Virus record (IMG/VR): IMGVR_UViG_3300044591_001667
Source: an uncultured virus (IMG/VR IMGVR_UViG_3300044591_001667)
Taxonomy: Duplodnaviria; Heunggongvirae; Uroviricota; Caudoviricetes
Strand: one strand, 5' to 3'
Length of the DNA stretch: 64,000 nucleotides
Below, piece after piece: positions 11,601 to 19,327 of this stretch. The notes beneath the pieces are model-generated. The model did no database searches, had not been told where the DNA came from, and saw only the letters and a list, made by a program, of their open reading frames with translations. A program made the position numbers and the translations under genes. How positions within the stretch are numbered: position 1 is the first letter of the stretch; each line of letters begins with the position of its first letter.

Positions 11601-14600
11601 TGAAGCAGTAGAACCGCTTTGCTCGAACTTAGAGAGGGTGTAGTTCTTCTTTACACCATCTTCACCAATTGCTGAAAGGTTGATGTTGCCGTTCTGTGGG
11701 TTCTTCCATACTCCCTTTGGAGTTACAACTCGTTCTTTTCCGTTGTATTTGAACGCAACTTTCTTTCCAGCAGCTTGCGCATCGGCTAGCTGTGCTTCTA
11801 AGTCACCTGCAACGTCAAGAACAGTTGTATTTGAGTCAACAGAAGGCTTCTCTGGAGTCTCTGGAGCCTCTTCTGCTGGCTGTCCACCTAAGAATCGGTC
11901 AATGAGATACTGACGACGTGCCTTAAGAGTTGTCTTGAGCTGTTCAGCTGTATCTGCATCATCTGGGAATGCTGCATCAACGAGTTCATCAATCTTCTCT
12001 TCGCTTACAGCTTGAACCTTCTTCACAGATTCTGCAATCTGCTCATCTGTCATGTCACCAAAGATTTCAGCAGCTTGTGGATTCTGCTTTGAATCGCGCA
12101 TTGAATCAACTTGCGTTGCTTCTGGACCAAACTCTTTATCAGTTCCGCCTTGTGCACGGAATAGGAGAGAGCCTCCAGCATCAATACGAGTTACATTGCC
12201 ATCTTTGTCAGTAAGAACATTGTCATACTCAAGTCCAATAACATCGTAGTTACCTAGCCAAGCATCTACAGCAAAGTCAGACTGAGTTGTGCTCTTCACA
12301 TCTGCATTACTCTTCTTGTCAGCAAAGTCAGCATCTGAACCTTCAACAAGTGGAGATACGAGTACAGAGTTTCCGTTCTTGTCTATGCCCTTGTAAGCGC
12401 GACCAAACTTAACTCCAGCCTCTTCGTAAAGTGCCCCACCAAGAATTTCGTTAGCGAAATGCTTATCAGACTTTGGCTTCTTGACGTAGTACTGGTTTCC
12501 AGTATCTGGGTCTGTGTAGAAAGCTCCCTGATTAGAACCAGCTTGTGTACCTGTCTTCTTCCAGTTTGAAGTATCAAATGTTGCTTCAATGTCTTCAACA
12601 TTTACTTCAGCTTCAGGAGTTGGCTTATCGGTCTTAGCATCTTCATCTTCAAGGTTGCTAATAATGTTAGGGAAAGAATCTGCAAAGTCTGAATGCAACA
12701 TACCTGCATCAGACATTTTGTTAATCTGATCTCCAGTAAACCAACCAGTTGCGGTGTTCTCTCCATCCTTAGATGTGAGGTCGTTGTATTGGTCTGGTCC
12801 TACTTCAAAGACTGAAGTTTCATATGCCCACTCAGCGCCGACTTTGTTTGTGTCAACGTAGATTGGCTCAAGTGCAGAGATGTCTCCGCCAACTTCTTCC
12901 ATGAACTCTTCTTTTGCAGTTGCATTTGGAGCCTTTGCAATTGTCTGGTCCTTATGTGCACCGCCTGGGATACCCCACTTGCCGCCACCTTGTGAAAGAC
13001 TTGAAGAACGCTTTGCTAGGAAGTACTCATACTCTCCGTCTGCATTCTTGCGACGTAGCATTGCACCAGCGGCACCATACTTACCCCAGAAGCGCTTACC
13101 ATCTGTAGTGAAGAAGTAACCTTCGCCAGTCTCCTGATTGTTTCCACCACCAAGAGGTGCAAAGAATGGAAGCTTAGGAGGAGTAAGAGTTCCAGCCTTT
13201 AGAGCTTGAACATCTGCACCAGAAATGTTTTCTGCGTAGAAGACGCCATCAGTTCCTTCTGCAATTGTGTAGTCATTCCACTTACCAGCGTTTGCTTCCT
13301 TCTCAGGAGCTTCATCAATCTCAAGTTGTGGTTGTTCTAACTCTGGTTCTGGAGCAGGGACAGCTTCTGGCTCGCTGTTGCGACGCCATACTTCATAAGC
13401 TTGGTACTTAACCCAAGCAGATTCATATTCTTTTCCATTCGCAAGAAGTCTGCGCTTAACAAGCACACGCTTGTCGTCGCCTTCGATTGGCGTAATGGAA
13501 ATAATTTCGTGGAATCCATCGTGCTTTGCTTTGATGAAGTCGCCTGGTTGCCACTCTTCAACAGCAATTGCTCCAACATTTGTTGTGTTCTCTGGGTCAG
13601 ATATCCAGTTGTTGGAGATGTTTCCACCAAGAACAGATTCGATTTGGAAGTCTCCATCGCCAACTTCGTTGGCAGAAGGAGTTGTTGCAGATGAAAGTTC
13701 GTCGGAAGTTGGCTTGTCTTTTGGCATTGCCTTGACAAGAGCATCGGCCTCTGGGATTTCTTTTCCAGCCATACCGTCTGCAAAAGTCTTTGCCATAACA
13801 AGTTCAGAATCTGCCTTGCTCTTACCAGACTTGTATGCGTCGTACTCTGCTTTTGCCTTGTCGTAGTCTGCAGAAGACTTCTCGAGGTCAAGAACATCAA
13901 TACCAGACTTAGTAACAGCCATCTCATCCAAGAGGTTGTTAAGAATTCCAGGCAATACAGCAACGTCAACAGAAGCATCGTGCCAATCTGTATTTGGTTC
14001 TGCTAGTCCGTAACGATTTGCTACAGCCTCAAGCTTGTGGTCTCCTGCGCTTCCGTTAATAACCTTGCGAGCAAGTGAGAGTGTGTCAATCTCGCCAGCT
14101 GGCTTGTAATCAAGTCCATACTCAGCCATCTTGCGACGAAGGATTTCTCCATCAAATGGCATGTTGTGTGCAGAAACAATTGGGTCTGCACCAAGGAAGT
14201 CAGAGATTTCTTTAAATGCATCTGCTTGTGACATCTGCTTAGACAAGAACTCATCAGAAATTGGATTTCCATCAGAGTCTTTAAGAACTTGTGAAGGGTC
14301 TTTGTCAGTGTAGAAAGAGTCAAGTGGTTGTTCTGGGTTCATGAAGAGAGTCTTCTCTTCGATGATTTCACCATTCTTAACCTTTGTCATTGAAACTTGA
14401 ATTGGGCTTGGAGCTGTAAAGCCTCCAGTGCTCTCAAAGTCAAGGTGGATTACTTCTTCGTTAGCAAGAAGTTCTTTAAATTTAACTGGGTCACCATTTG
14501 CCTCAGCGGCAATCGCCTTGAGCTTATCTCCCATAAATGCAGGAGGTGTTGGGCGTGGAACCTTCTTTGGCTCAGGTGGTAGCGCATCTACATTCAGTGG

Positions 14601-17600
14601 AGGAGTAAATGTTGCAGCAGATGCTTTCTTTGCTGCATTGAACTCTGCGTACTTCTCTTTGTAGGCAGGGTCATCCTTCTTTGGACGCTCAAGTGCTGGC
14701 TTCTTTCCTGGCTCTGGTAGAGCGGAAGCGCCACGAATTACCTTAATAGGAGTTGTTCCCTTCCAGCTCTTTGATTGAGACTGGTGGTCTGGGTAGAAAC
14801 CTGTAAGAACAGCATTGCCGTTCTCGTCAACTGCTACATCTTGAACAATAAAGTATTCGTAGAAGTCATTCTTTCCTTCTTTCTTGAAGGCGATGTCCCC
14901 TGCTTTAACTTCTGTAGCTGCAACCTCAACAACACCTACAGGATTGCTTGGTGTGTAAATAGGAGCTTCAGACTCTGTTACCCACTCTTCAACACCTTCT
15001 GGAGCAGACCACATCTCTTTTGCCTGAGCAAGGTCGGAGTTGTATTGGTCAACAGCATCTAGATACTTGCTGCGAGCTTCTGCATCTTTTGGAACCCAAA
15101 GGTCAAGTTCCTTATCTTTGTAAACCTTACCTTCAGGGTCATACTCTTTTGCCTTTGGCTTTGAAAGCACAGGCAAGTCGCCCTTTGTTGGAGCATCTAC
15201 ATTTCTAAAGACAGAAATGTCAGTATCGTTGTTCCACAACTTAGTCTTCTGTGAGACGTGACCAGGATAGTAACCAGTAACCCAAGATTTTCCAGGAATT
15301 TCAGAAGGCTCAACAGACTCAATAGTAAAGAAGTCGTTAGTTGTAACGTCTCCTGCTTTAAGTTCTGTTGTCTTAGCTTTTAGCTTTGCTGGTCCTGTTG
15401 GTTCTCCGACATTAACTCCGTCAACGGCTTCGGGTCCCTTTTCATCCGACGGAGCTTGTTCCGTGGTTTCGGTAGGCGCTTGCTCAGCTTCTGGGGCTTC
15501 TGGTTGGGCTTCAGGTGCTTCTCCTTCTAGAGCGTCATTGATTTGCTCAGGAGTCAGTGCGTCTTCTTCTTGACCAGCGAAACCTTCATCGTAGATTTCC
15601 TTGGTCAAAGCATTTGTATCTTCACCTTGTAACTGCAGTGCGTCACGGATTGCTTCGCCTGGGACGTAAGCAACGTACTCTTCGCCTTCATCTGTTTCAG
15701 TTGAAAGCATTCCATAACCAGGCATCTCATTTCCTGGCTCAAGAGCGCGACGAAGTTCGCCCTTCAAATCTTCTGTGTTGTAGAAGCTAGCAATATCTAC
15801 TGGGTCGTAGTTAAATCCTTCAGGAGCATCCTCTGGCAGTACATACTGGTCCTTATCAAAAGCATCAGTAGAAAGTTCTGAATAGTCTGTTGGAACATCA
15901 AAAGAATCATTCTTTGGAAGATACTGTGCGTACTCGCCAGTTTTAGCGTAGTTATCTTTCTCTTCATCAGAAAGACCATCAAGTAGAGCTGGGAGTGTAG
16001 TTACATCTCCGCTTGTAGCATCAGGAGCAGCTTCTAAATCTTTACCAAGCTCTGCTTTAACATCTTCTGAAACCTCTGGAGTTGCATCTCCTGAAGGCTT
16101 TCCATAAATTTCATCAAGCATTGCATCTGCATCTTCACCCTGCTCTTTAAGAGCGTTGTAGATTGCTTCTGCTGGAACAATTTCATCGCCATCTTCAAAT
16201 GTAAGAGTTCCATAACCAGTTGCAGGGAATTTCTTTGTCCCCTTAACACCATCTTCTAAAGCTTTCTTTAGGTCTGGTGTTTCAAACTTCTGTGCAAGTT
16301 CTGCTGGGTCATCAGTAAAGTCAGATGCTTCCTGCCCATCAACAGGACCTTCTGGTGTGTAATCGTCACGGTCTACGTTGTAGTAGCCCTCTGGAATCTC
16401 AGAAGTTGCAGCTGGTGCTTTTGGTGCAACATCTTTTGCTGATGTTCCATCTGCATTGCGAACTACTTCACCAGTCTCAGCGTCAACAACTGTGCCATCT
16501 GGAAGCACCATGTGGTCTTTAGCTGGGTCAAGCGGATACTTTCCGCCCTTGGCTTCGTAATCTTTAAGAGCCTTCTGATACTTCTTCTGGTCCTTCTTAA
16601 GATTCTTACCTGAAGACTTAGGAATGAGTTCGCCTTCAAGACCCTCTGCTGGGGTTGCAGTAGGTGTTCCAGTCTCTTCCTCTTGATCATCATCGGCCAT
16701 CTTCTCTGGATTTGGAAGTTCATTCTTCTCAAACTTTGGCTCGTCCTGTGCAATGTAGTCCTGAATATCAGACCAACGCTGTGCAACAGCAAATGGACGA
16801 TTCTCATCCTCGCCACGGCGAGATACAAAGTAGACAGGAAGATTTGGATCTAGTGAGCCATTCTTTCCTGCTCCTTCAGTAACAACGTTCTGTCCTTCAC
16901 CTTCACGTTGCTGAGCTGCTTCGAACTTATCTTTTGCAGCAGCATTAGGTGTAGAAATTTTGATGACATCGTATGCATCATCGGTGTACTTAGTTCCAAG
17001 GTCAATCTTGGTTCCGTAATAATTTGTGTCAGTCTCACTTGGAGACCAGTTCTCATCTTTTGTAAAACCAGATGGTGCATCAATCTTTACAAGGTCAGAC
17101 TCTTCAACAACTGGGTCGCCAGTCTTTGCTTTTGCAGGAGTCTTGCTGTATCCATCTGGACCCTGAGCAGACTTAAGAATTGCTTTAACACCCTCTGCTG
17201 ACTTTGCAGGAATGCGAACAAGAGTGCCATCTGGCAATTCCATGTCAAAGGTATCGCTGGCACTATCTGTTGCAACAGCACGACCAGTTAGAGATTGAAT
17301 TGCTCCAGTAGCACGACGGATAAGTGCACGGAGACCGCCACCCATCTCAGCAAAGCGACCCTTACGGTCACGACGCTGGCGCATAGCACGAGCAGAACGA
17401 GCAGCAGATGAGTTTCCATCACCTAGAGCTGCTAGAAGTGCATAAGAAGGAACAGAGCCTTGAGGCAAAGACTGTAAGCGAGCAATTGAATACTCATACT
17501 CAGCAGATGCTGGGTGACAAGTTAGAGCAGAGGAAAGAACTGCACGAATTGAATCATCTTGAATTCGAGGGTCATCAATAATCCAACGAGCACGGTGCTT

Positions 17601-17990
17601 CATTACCTCAGCGGTTGTGAAGTTGTGCTTACGAGTTGAACGTGGGTGAGAGATTGGTAGAAGGTCTGTGTTGTCTGGAGTAGAAGAAAATACTTTATTG
17701 TTCTGAGCAAGCTGAATGTAGTTGTTAAGTTCACGAAGAGTACGCATACGGCGCATTGAATAAGTTTGGTCTTCGTTCTTTGACAAACAACGACTCATCA
17801 CAGACTTAGCTGCTCGACGAGTGATTGTGCGGGAACCAGAGAACTTATCGTTAGCGCTACGAACTAAATCAAAACCTGCTTCAAAGATGCGTTCGTTCTG
17901 CTCTGCAACAGATAGAGCTTTAACTTTTGTCTTCTTCTTGGCAATAGCAATAGCAGCTTGCTGCTTAGGTGTCTTTGAATACTTGGCCAT
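8613..17990 (-). CDS. Giant multi-enzyme protein: DEDDh exonuclease, NUDIX, atypical kinase, WYL-like and C-terminal ADP-ribosyltransferase-like domains
   Basis: 3125 aa; HLDFESTG/AHNMPFD/WHDASVD; WGIPGG..AKEEFMEEVG; GSNQG..YYVK..NE..DAWLGNYD..DN..RIDAGG; FKYNGKERVVTP; VHQ..GGNYVF..GELMFK. Confidence 0.8.
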   Translation of the reverse strand: MAKYSKTPKQQAAIAIAKKKTKVKALSVAEQNERIFEAGFDLVRSANDKFSGSRTITRRAAKSVMSRCLSKNEDQTYSMRRMRTLRELNNYIQLAQNNKVFSSTPDNTDLLPISHPRSTRKHNFTTAEVMKHRARWIIDDPRIQDDSIRAVLSSALTCHPASAEYEYSIARLQSLPQGSVPSYALLAALGDGNSSAARSARAMRQRRDRKGRFAEMGGGLRALIRRATGAIQSLTGRAVATDSASDTFDMELPDGTLVRIPAKSAEGVKAILKSAQGPDGYSKTPAKAKTGDPVVEESDLVKIDAPSGFTKDENWSPSETDTNYYGTKIDLGTKYTDDAYDVIKISTPNAAAKDKFEAAQQREGEGQNVVTEGAGKNGSLDPNLPVYFVSRRGEDENRPFAVAQRWSDIQDYIAQDEPKFEKNELPNPEKMADDDQEEETGTPTATPAEGLEGELIPKSSGKNLKKDQKKYQKALKDYEAKGGKYPLDPAKDHMVLPDGTVVDAETGEVVRNADGTSAKDVAPKAPAATSEIPEGYYNVDRDDYTPEGPVDGQEASDFTDDPAELAQKFETPDLKKALEDGVKGTKKFPATGYGTLTFEDGDEIVPAEAIYNALKEQGEDADAMLDEIYGKPSGDATPEVSEDVKAELGKDLEAAPDATSGDVTTLPALLDGLSDEEKDNYAKTGEYAQYLPKNDSFDVPTDYSELSTDAFDKDQYVLPEDAPEGFNYDPVDIASFYNTEDLKGELRRALEPGNEMPGYGMLSTETDEGEEYVAYVPGEAIRDALQLQGEDTNALTKEIYDEGFAGQEEDALTPEQINDALEGEAPEAQPEAPEAEQAPTETTEQAPSDEKGPEAVDGVNVGEPTGPAKLKAKTTELKAGDVTTNDFFTIESVEPSEIPGKSWVTGYYPGHVSQKTKLWNNDTDISVFRNVDAPTKGDLPVLSKPKAKEYDPEGKVYKDKELDLWVPKDAEARSKYLDAVDQYNSDLAQAKEMWSAPEGVEEWVTESEAPIYTPSNPVGVVEVAATEVKAGDIAFKKEGKNDFYEYFIVQDVAVDENGNAVLTGFYPDHQSQSKSWKGTTPIKVIRGASALPEPGKKPALERPKKDDPAYKEKYAEFNAAKKASAATFTPPLNVDALPPEPKKVPRPTPPAFMGDKLKAIAAEANGDPVKFKELLANEEVIHLDFESTGGFTAPSPIQVSMTKVKNGEIIEEKTLFMNPEQPLDSFYTDKDPSQVLKDSDGNPISDEFLSKQMSQADAFKEISDFLGADPIVSAHNMPFDGEILRRKMAEYGLDYKPAGEIDTLSLARKVINGSAGDHKLEAVANRYGLAEPNTDWHDASVDVAVLPGILNNLLDEMAVTKSGIDVLDLEKSSADYDKAKAEYDAYKSGKSKADSELVMAKTFADGMAGKEIPEADALVKAMPKDKPTSDELSSATTPSANEVGDGDFQIESVLGGNISNNWISDPENTTNVGAIAVEEWQPGDFIKAKHDGFHEIISITPIEGDDKRVLVKRRLLANGKEYESAWVKYQAYEVWRRNSEPEAVPAPEPELEQPQLEIDEAPEKEANAGKWNDYTIAEGTDGVFYAENISGADVQALKAGTLTPPKLPFFAPLGGGNNQETGEGYFFTTDGKRFWGKYGAAGAMLRRKNADGEYEYFLAKRSSSLSQGGGKWGIPGGAHKDQTIAKAPNATAKEEFMEEVGGDISALEPIYVDTNKVGAEWAYETSVFEVGPDQYNDLTSKDGENTATGWFTGDQINKMSDAGMLHSDFADSFPNIISNLEDEDAKTDKPTPEAEVNVEDIEATFDTSNWKKTGTQAGSNQGAFYTDPDTGNQYYVKKPKSDKHFANEILGGALYEEAGVKFGRAYKGIDKNGNSVLVSPLVEGSDADFADKKSNADVKSTTQSDFAVDAWLGNYDVIGLEYDNVLTDKDGNVTRIDAGGSLLFRAQGGTDKEFGPEATQVDSMRDSKQNPQAAEIFGDMTDEQIAESVKKVQAVSEEKIDELVDAAFPDDADTAEQLKTTLKARRQYLIDRFLGGQPAEEAPETPEKPSVDSNTTVLDVAGDLEAQLADAQAAGKKVAFKYNGKERVVTPKGVWKNPQNGNINLSAIGEDGVKKNYTLSKFEQSGSTASEAPEAAPTPEKELPQAPEAAQIDPAEKQKVLDEVSALAEKLFGNQGKTKDLLESLKGQDGANTDLIDSILEDIKVKESVAGPDATPEEKIQSDLSQALTPDEDAAPEDEVPPIDPVALAEELKTPLTPDLIWAKVKDEKGISIIENGDIVVAENVTPSGSTIYTMVKRNSDNTFSVYHRIKSNDGSTRVKTLAGRWHSYTALSSRIESEKWKAKITPSKVISKSKPETPGTIAPSALPTQKGSYVSADGKTPIKVGMVVKDTKTGKTGKVVSLKDEFVTGKSKSNPAGYTYTDVAKVKWDDSGVKAWKPSTYLEIQDTSGVKPDEPEGPTDGGNGGGGTPPTPKTPDSPAPAAVPTTSVDLPTYEGTDLAGATAIADVESKAVAKNSVGHLAAYGANDYSDYKNFLSGEFLKDPNSKNMVPGILVQNADPNDSDQDLTSYGVVSKQDAKAKEVYVSFFDGPLAGQTKTFSPDKIWSREKFITPEQAKELDITLDPTLFDKSKTAAKAKGEAYAKKQAEAAKKAQQAAEAKALKDKFSVNGPGFSVQTLDAAPDYSKSPHPEVPSLEDSLKMAKNDNPAEAANGSTTLLDSDSIEDLEVHVGMVTDEKGEKKLRLQFTLTNWAGKQVAAKADSDSNISKSKALRLGKWEKQQDGSLVWKDVWDTSTVDSNKNGVTFEGPAGKGTFLLHRASKSIDDTDVDFFKYHSSSPYAVSFHNKAEIYLPADATSEDVAEALNSLGGISQVRPALESDVRGVIENKMIWLLGSSTDGKKNYAGELREKTLQIIKDEYGFTADDVEVVVDPLARGRVNYYMPESAVDKLMEKTGFSPFIVHQWKGGDQTNSVDWFYNMITSGGIYATATRWMNGINKSGMSSSSDIDANGGNYVFASPSSKGSSTSTNLAFYFNSKNVLRRLDYYKNNSDKYGQLQSDSEDIVQSLSNSYGELMFKKNLSWADLSSISMPAAIREKLIERLMSEGLTDLADIVSGKKKKKGAKK

Positions 17991-17992
17991 TG

Positions 17993-19327
17993 CTAGCTCT
18001 TCCTTTTCGGCAGAAGGTCGGAATCCATGCTGTCGTATGTCATTGTTGCAAGAACAGCTGCTCGCTTAAATGGGTTCTCATTGTTGCGAACTGCACGAAG
18101 CCAAGCAGCACGGAAAGCTGACTCTGCGTCGTAACCTAGACCTGCAAATTCTGTCATAGCAAAAATTGCTCGTTCTGGAGTTTCATAATCTGATTCAGAC
18201 TTCAACTCCACAATAAGTTCTGCATCTGCCTCAGCGGATGCAAGTAGTAGCTCAAGGTCTTCCTCGTCACGAACTGGGACGTCATAACCTGAAACTGCAC
18301 CCTCTGGTAGAACAGCAAAACGGCACTTGCCATCTGCTTCAACTTCAAGAGAAATAATCTGACACTTGTTTGGTCCTTGGAAGAATACGCAGTTGGAACA
18401 TTTAACTCCAATGTCCTTAACTTCGTTTTCATAAGCAGGTGTGTAACCAGCCCACACTCCGTCGCCATCTTGGTCAAATGGCCCATGCTTGCGAGTAATT
18501 GCAATAAGTGCATCTGCTAAATCTTGTTCTTCTGGAATTAAACCTGAAGCAATAATTGAAGAAGCGTTCTTCTTTGAAGAGCGTGGGTGTGCTGCTGGTA
18601 GTAAATCATTATCTGCTTTGTATGCAGAGTTTGTTGGCTTTCCAGACTTAAGTAGACGGAGGAAGGCATTAACGCGACCCATTGCCCACTGATTACGAGT
18701 CATCCCAGGTCGATGAGATACTGAATAGGCTCCTGCACCACGGCGGTAGACCGCTTTGAGCGTTGATACCGAAGTCTTTCTACCCTTAGGCGCTTTTTCG
18801 TTGTGCTCTTGTACTTTCTTCTGAAGAGAAGATTCAATCGCAGGAGTAAAAGTGATTTTCTTACCGCCTGAAGCTGAGCCCTTTGAATTCTTGTCAGAGC
18901 CTTTGACGCGATCTTTTTTAGGGGCAGGGGTTTGTGCAATCTTCTTTTTAGCAGCAGCTGTCACAGGACCACCTGCAACCCAAGCACGACATGTACGTGC
19001 AGATGCACACTTAAAGTCAAATGCTTCGCAGTAGCCAAGGTCGCCAGCCTCATTGATTGAATCAAATTCATCAGCGTTATCTGTCAAACCGTTTTCAATA
19101 CAAGAAAGCATTTCTGGAGTTTGAATAAACACAGCGCAGTTACCACAGCGTTGCTGCTTTGCAGTTTCTGTGTCTACTTGCCACTCATCAGCAAGTGCTT
19201 GCCAATACTCATCGTTTGGTTCTGCAGGATTAAGCGGTCCATACATTGCTGTATCAATCGCCTTCTTGCGATTGTCTAAATTAAGAGCGATGTCCTGTGT
19301 TGCAGGAGGGCATACTTCTTCAGCCAT
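17993..19327 (-). CDS. Cys-rich multidomain head-module protein
   Basis: 444 aa; CGNC..C..C..C..C domain, VYRRGAGAY..QWAMGRVNAFL domain, CSNC-x8-C-x12-C domain. Confidence 0.7.
   Translation of the reverse strand: MAEEVCPPATQDIALNLDNRKKAIDTAMYGPLNPAEPNDEYWQALADEWQVDTETAKQQRCGNCAVFIQTPEMLSCIENGLTDNADEFDSINEAGDLGYCEAFDFKCASARTCRAWVAGGPVTAAAKKKIAQTPAPKKDRVKGSDKNSKGSASGGKKITFTPAIESSLQKKVQEHNEKAPKGRKTSVSTLKAVYRRGAGAYSVSHRPGMTRNQWAMGRVNAFLRLLKSGKPTNSAYKADNDLLPAAHPRSSKKNASSIIASGLIPEEQDLADALIAITRKHGPFDQDGDGVWAGYTPAYENEVKDIGVKCSNCVFFQGPNKCQIISLEVEADGKCRFAVLPEGAVSGYDVPVRDEEDLELLLASAEADAELIVELKSESDYETPERAIFAMTEFAGLGYDAESAFRAAWLRAVRNNENPFKRAAVLATMTYDSMDSDLLPKRKS

Noticed and set aside
13930..14460. DEDDh domain as evidence that the giant ORF is a DNA polymerase III alpha/epsilon fusion
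   Set aside because: No polymerase or PHP motifs recognised; flanking domains and head-module location argue otherwise.
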